This document shows, piece after piece, positions 23,440 through 24,000 of a stretch of 24,000 nucleotides of DNA. The stretch lies in assembly GCA_003555395.1 (NCBI GenBank), contig PWHU01000003.1, positions 920 to 24,919 of the forward strand, read 5' to 3'. The translations under genes were made by a program, and so were the position numbers. The notes below the pieces were generated by a model. That model was not told the origin of the DNA. It made no database searches and saw only the letters and a program-made list of their open reading frames with translations. The stretch is from Thermoplasmata archaeon. Its GTDB lineage: Archaea > Thermoplasmatota > Thermoplasmata > Halarchaeoplasmatales > Halarchaeoplasmataceae. Positions within the stretch are counted from its first letter, which is position 1; every line of letters begins with the position of its first letter.

Positions 23440-23806
23440 CTTTATCGTCCTCTTTTGAATTTTTTTCAGTATCTTTCTCCTCTCTCAAAGTGTTTTCCTC
23501 TTTTAGGTCACCTTTTTGAGCCAATAAAATCAAACCACTGCAACTTTCACACGCCTTTAGCTCTTCATTCCAACAATAGCTCTCTTTACCTTTAGCGCTT
23601 CGGTCATTATCCTTACAGACCCATCTTCCGCAGAATCCGCATTGGGTTATCTCCTCTTTTTCCCTGATGCCCTGACATAGGTCACAGATGAATTTATCTG
23701 TGGAATAAAGGTCGTCTTCAGGTTTCTCACCTGGCTTGCGAACTTTTTCGATGGAGTTTATGACCTTTTCAAACGCATCTTGTGTCATAGGCAAAAGAGC
23801 TATCAC
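23432..23806 (-). CDS. Cys-rich zinc-ribbon protein (hypothetical)
   Basis: Eight Cys arranged as CDLC...CGFCGRWVC...C...CESC (three CxxC pairs) with an E/K/D-rich tail. The start is GTG 23806 or ATG 23788; an A/T-rich TATA-like AAAATTTTTA at ~23820-23830 favours the latter. Confidence 0.6.
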   Translation of the reverse strand: MIALLPMTQDAFEKVINSIEKVRKPGEKPEDDLYSTDKFICDLCQGIREKEEITQCGFCGRWVCKDNDRSAKGKESYCWNEELKACESCSGLILLAQKGDLKEENTLREEKDTEKNSKEDDKDE

Positions 23807-23907
23807 CCTTTCTGATTAAAAATTTTCCGCCTGTTTTTTTAATTTATCACTCCTACTGCTGACCTAAATACTAAGTACCCCCGCCTATTCATTCCTAATG
23901 ATAAAGG

Positions 23908-24000
23908 ATGACCGCTTACAAAAGGAAGGATGGCTATTACCACAAGGCTAAGGAAGAAGGTTATCGATCTAGGGCCGTTTATAAGCTCAAGCAGATAGAC
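23908..24000 (+). CDS. rlmE: 23S rRNA 2'-O-ribose methyltransferase RlmE/FtsJ/RrmJ, first 31 codons; continues past the right edge
   Basis: Manual translation from ATG 23908 gives MTAYKRKDGYYHKAKEEGYRSRAVYKLKQID. This matches the conserved FtsJ/RrmJ N-terminus (D-x-YY-x-x-AK-x-x-GYRSRA-x-YKL). Absent from the ORF track because it is truncated. Confidence 0.75.
   Translation, partial: MTAYKRKDGYYHKAKEEGYRSRAVYKLKQID

Noticed and set aside
23839-24000. Open minus-strand frame at the right edge (…VYLLELINGPRSITFFLSLVVIAILPFVSG…VIN*)
   Set aside because: The + strand frame starting at 23908 encodes an unmistakable RlmE/FtsJ N-terminus (DGYYHKAKEEGYRSRAVYKL). The minus frame is its shadow.

Overview
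This is an archaeal chromosomal window. It is moderately AT-rich by eye, the proteins are acidic and rich in E, D and K, many starts have GGAGG/GGTGA Shine-Dalgarno sites, and several starts have TATA-like boxes about 25-35 nt upstream. The centre is a complete euryarchaeal-type archaellum operon on the + strand (8508-15556): archaellin arlB, an ArlD/E-like protein, arlF, arlG, arlH (KaiC-like), arlI (secretion ATPase) and arlJ (membrane platform). Two unusual genes extend it on the same strand. The first is a ~1400-aa secreted protein of about nine CARDB/NEW3-like beta-sandwich repeats with a five-helix C-terminal membrane module. The second is an overlapping cytoplasmic protein with coiled-coil, beta-sandwich and DUF835-like parts. 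Divergent from the archaellin promoter lies a coiled-coil / bactofilin-like / (HhH)2 fusion protein. Next to it is an archaeal signal peptidase I fused to ~420 extra residues of membrane and ectodomain sequence, divergently paired with a small secreted acidic anchored protein. The flanks are ordinary: a partial MscS channel, two hypothetical proteins, Roadblock/LC7, urocanate hydratase without other hut genes, archaeal-type ThrRS preceded by a Zn-ribbon protein and a tail-anchored microprotein, and the first 31 codons of RlmE/FtsJ. I saw no rRNA, tRNA, CRISPR array, transposase or integrase. I cannot assign a taxon beyond an archaeon with a Euryarchaeota-style archaellum. The non-canonical genes bracketing the archaellum operon are the most interesting part. 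All family calls are by-eye motif recognition and need HMM or structure confirmation.
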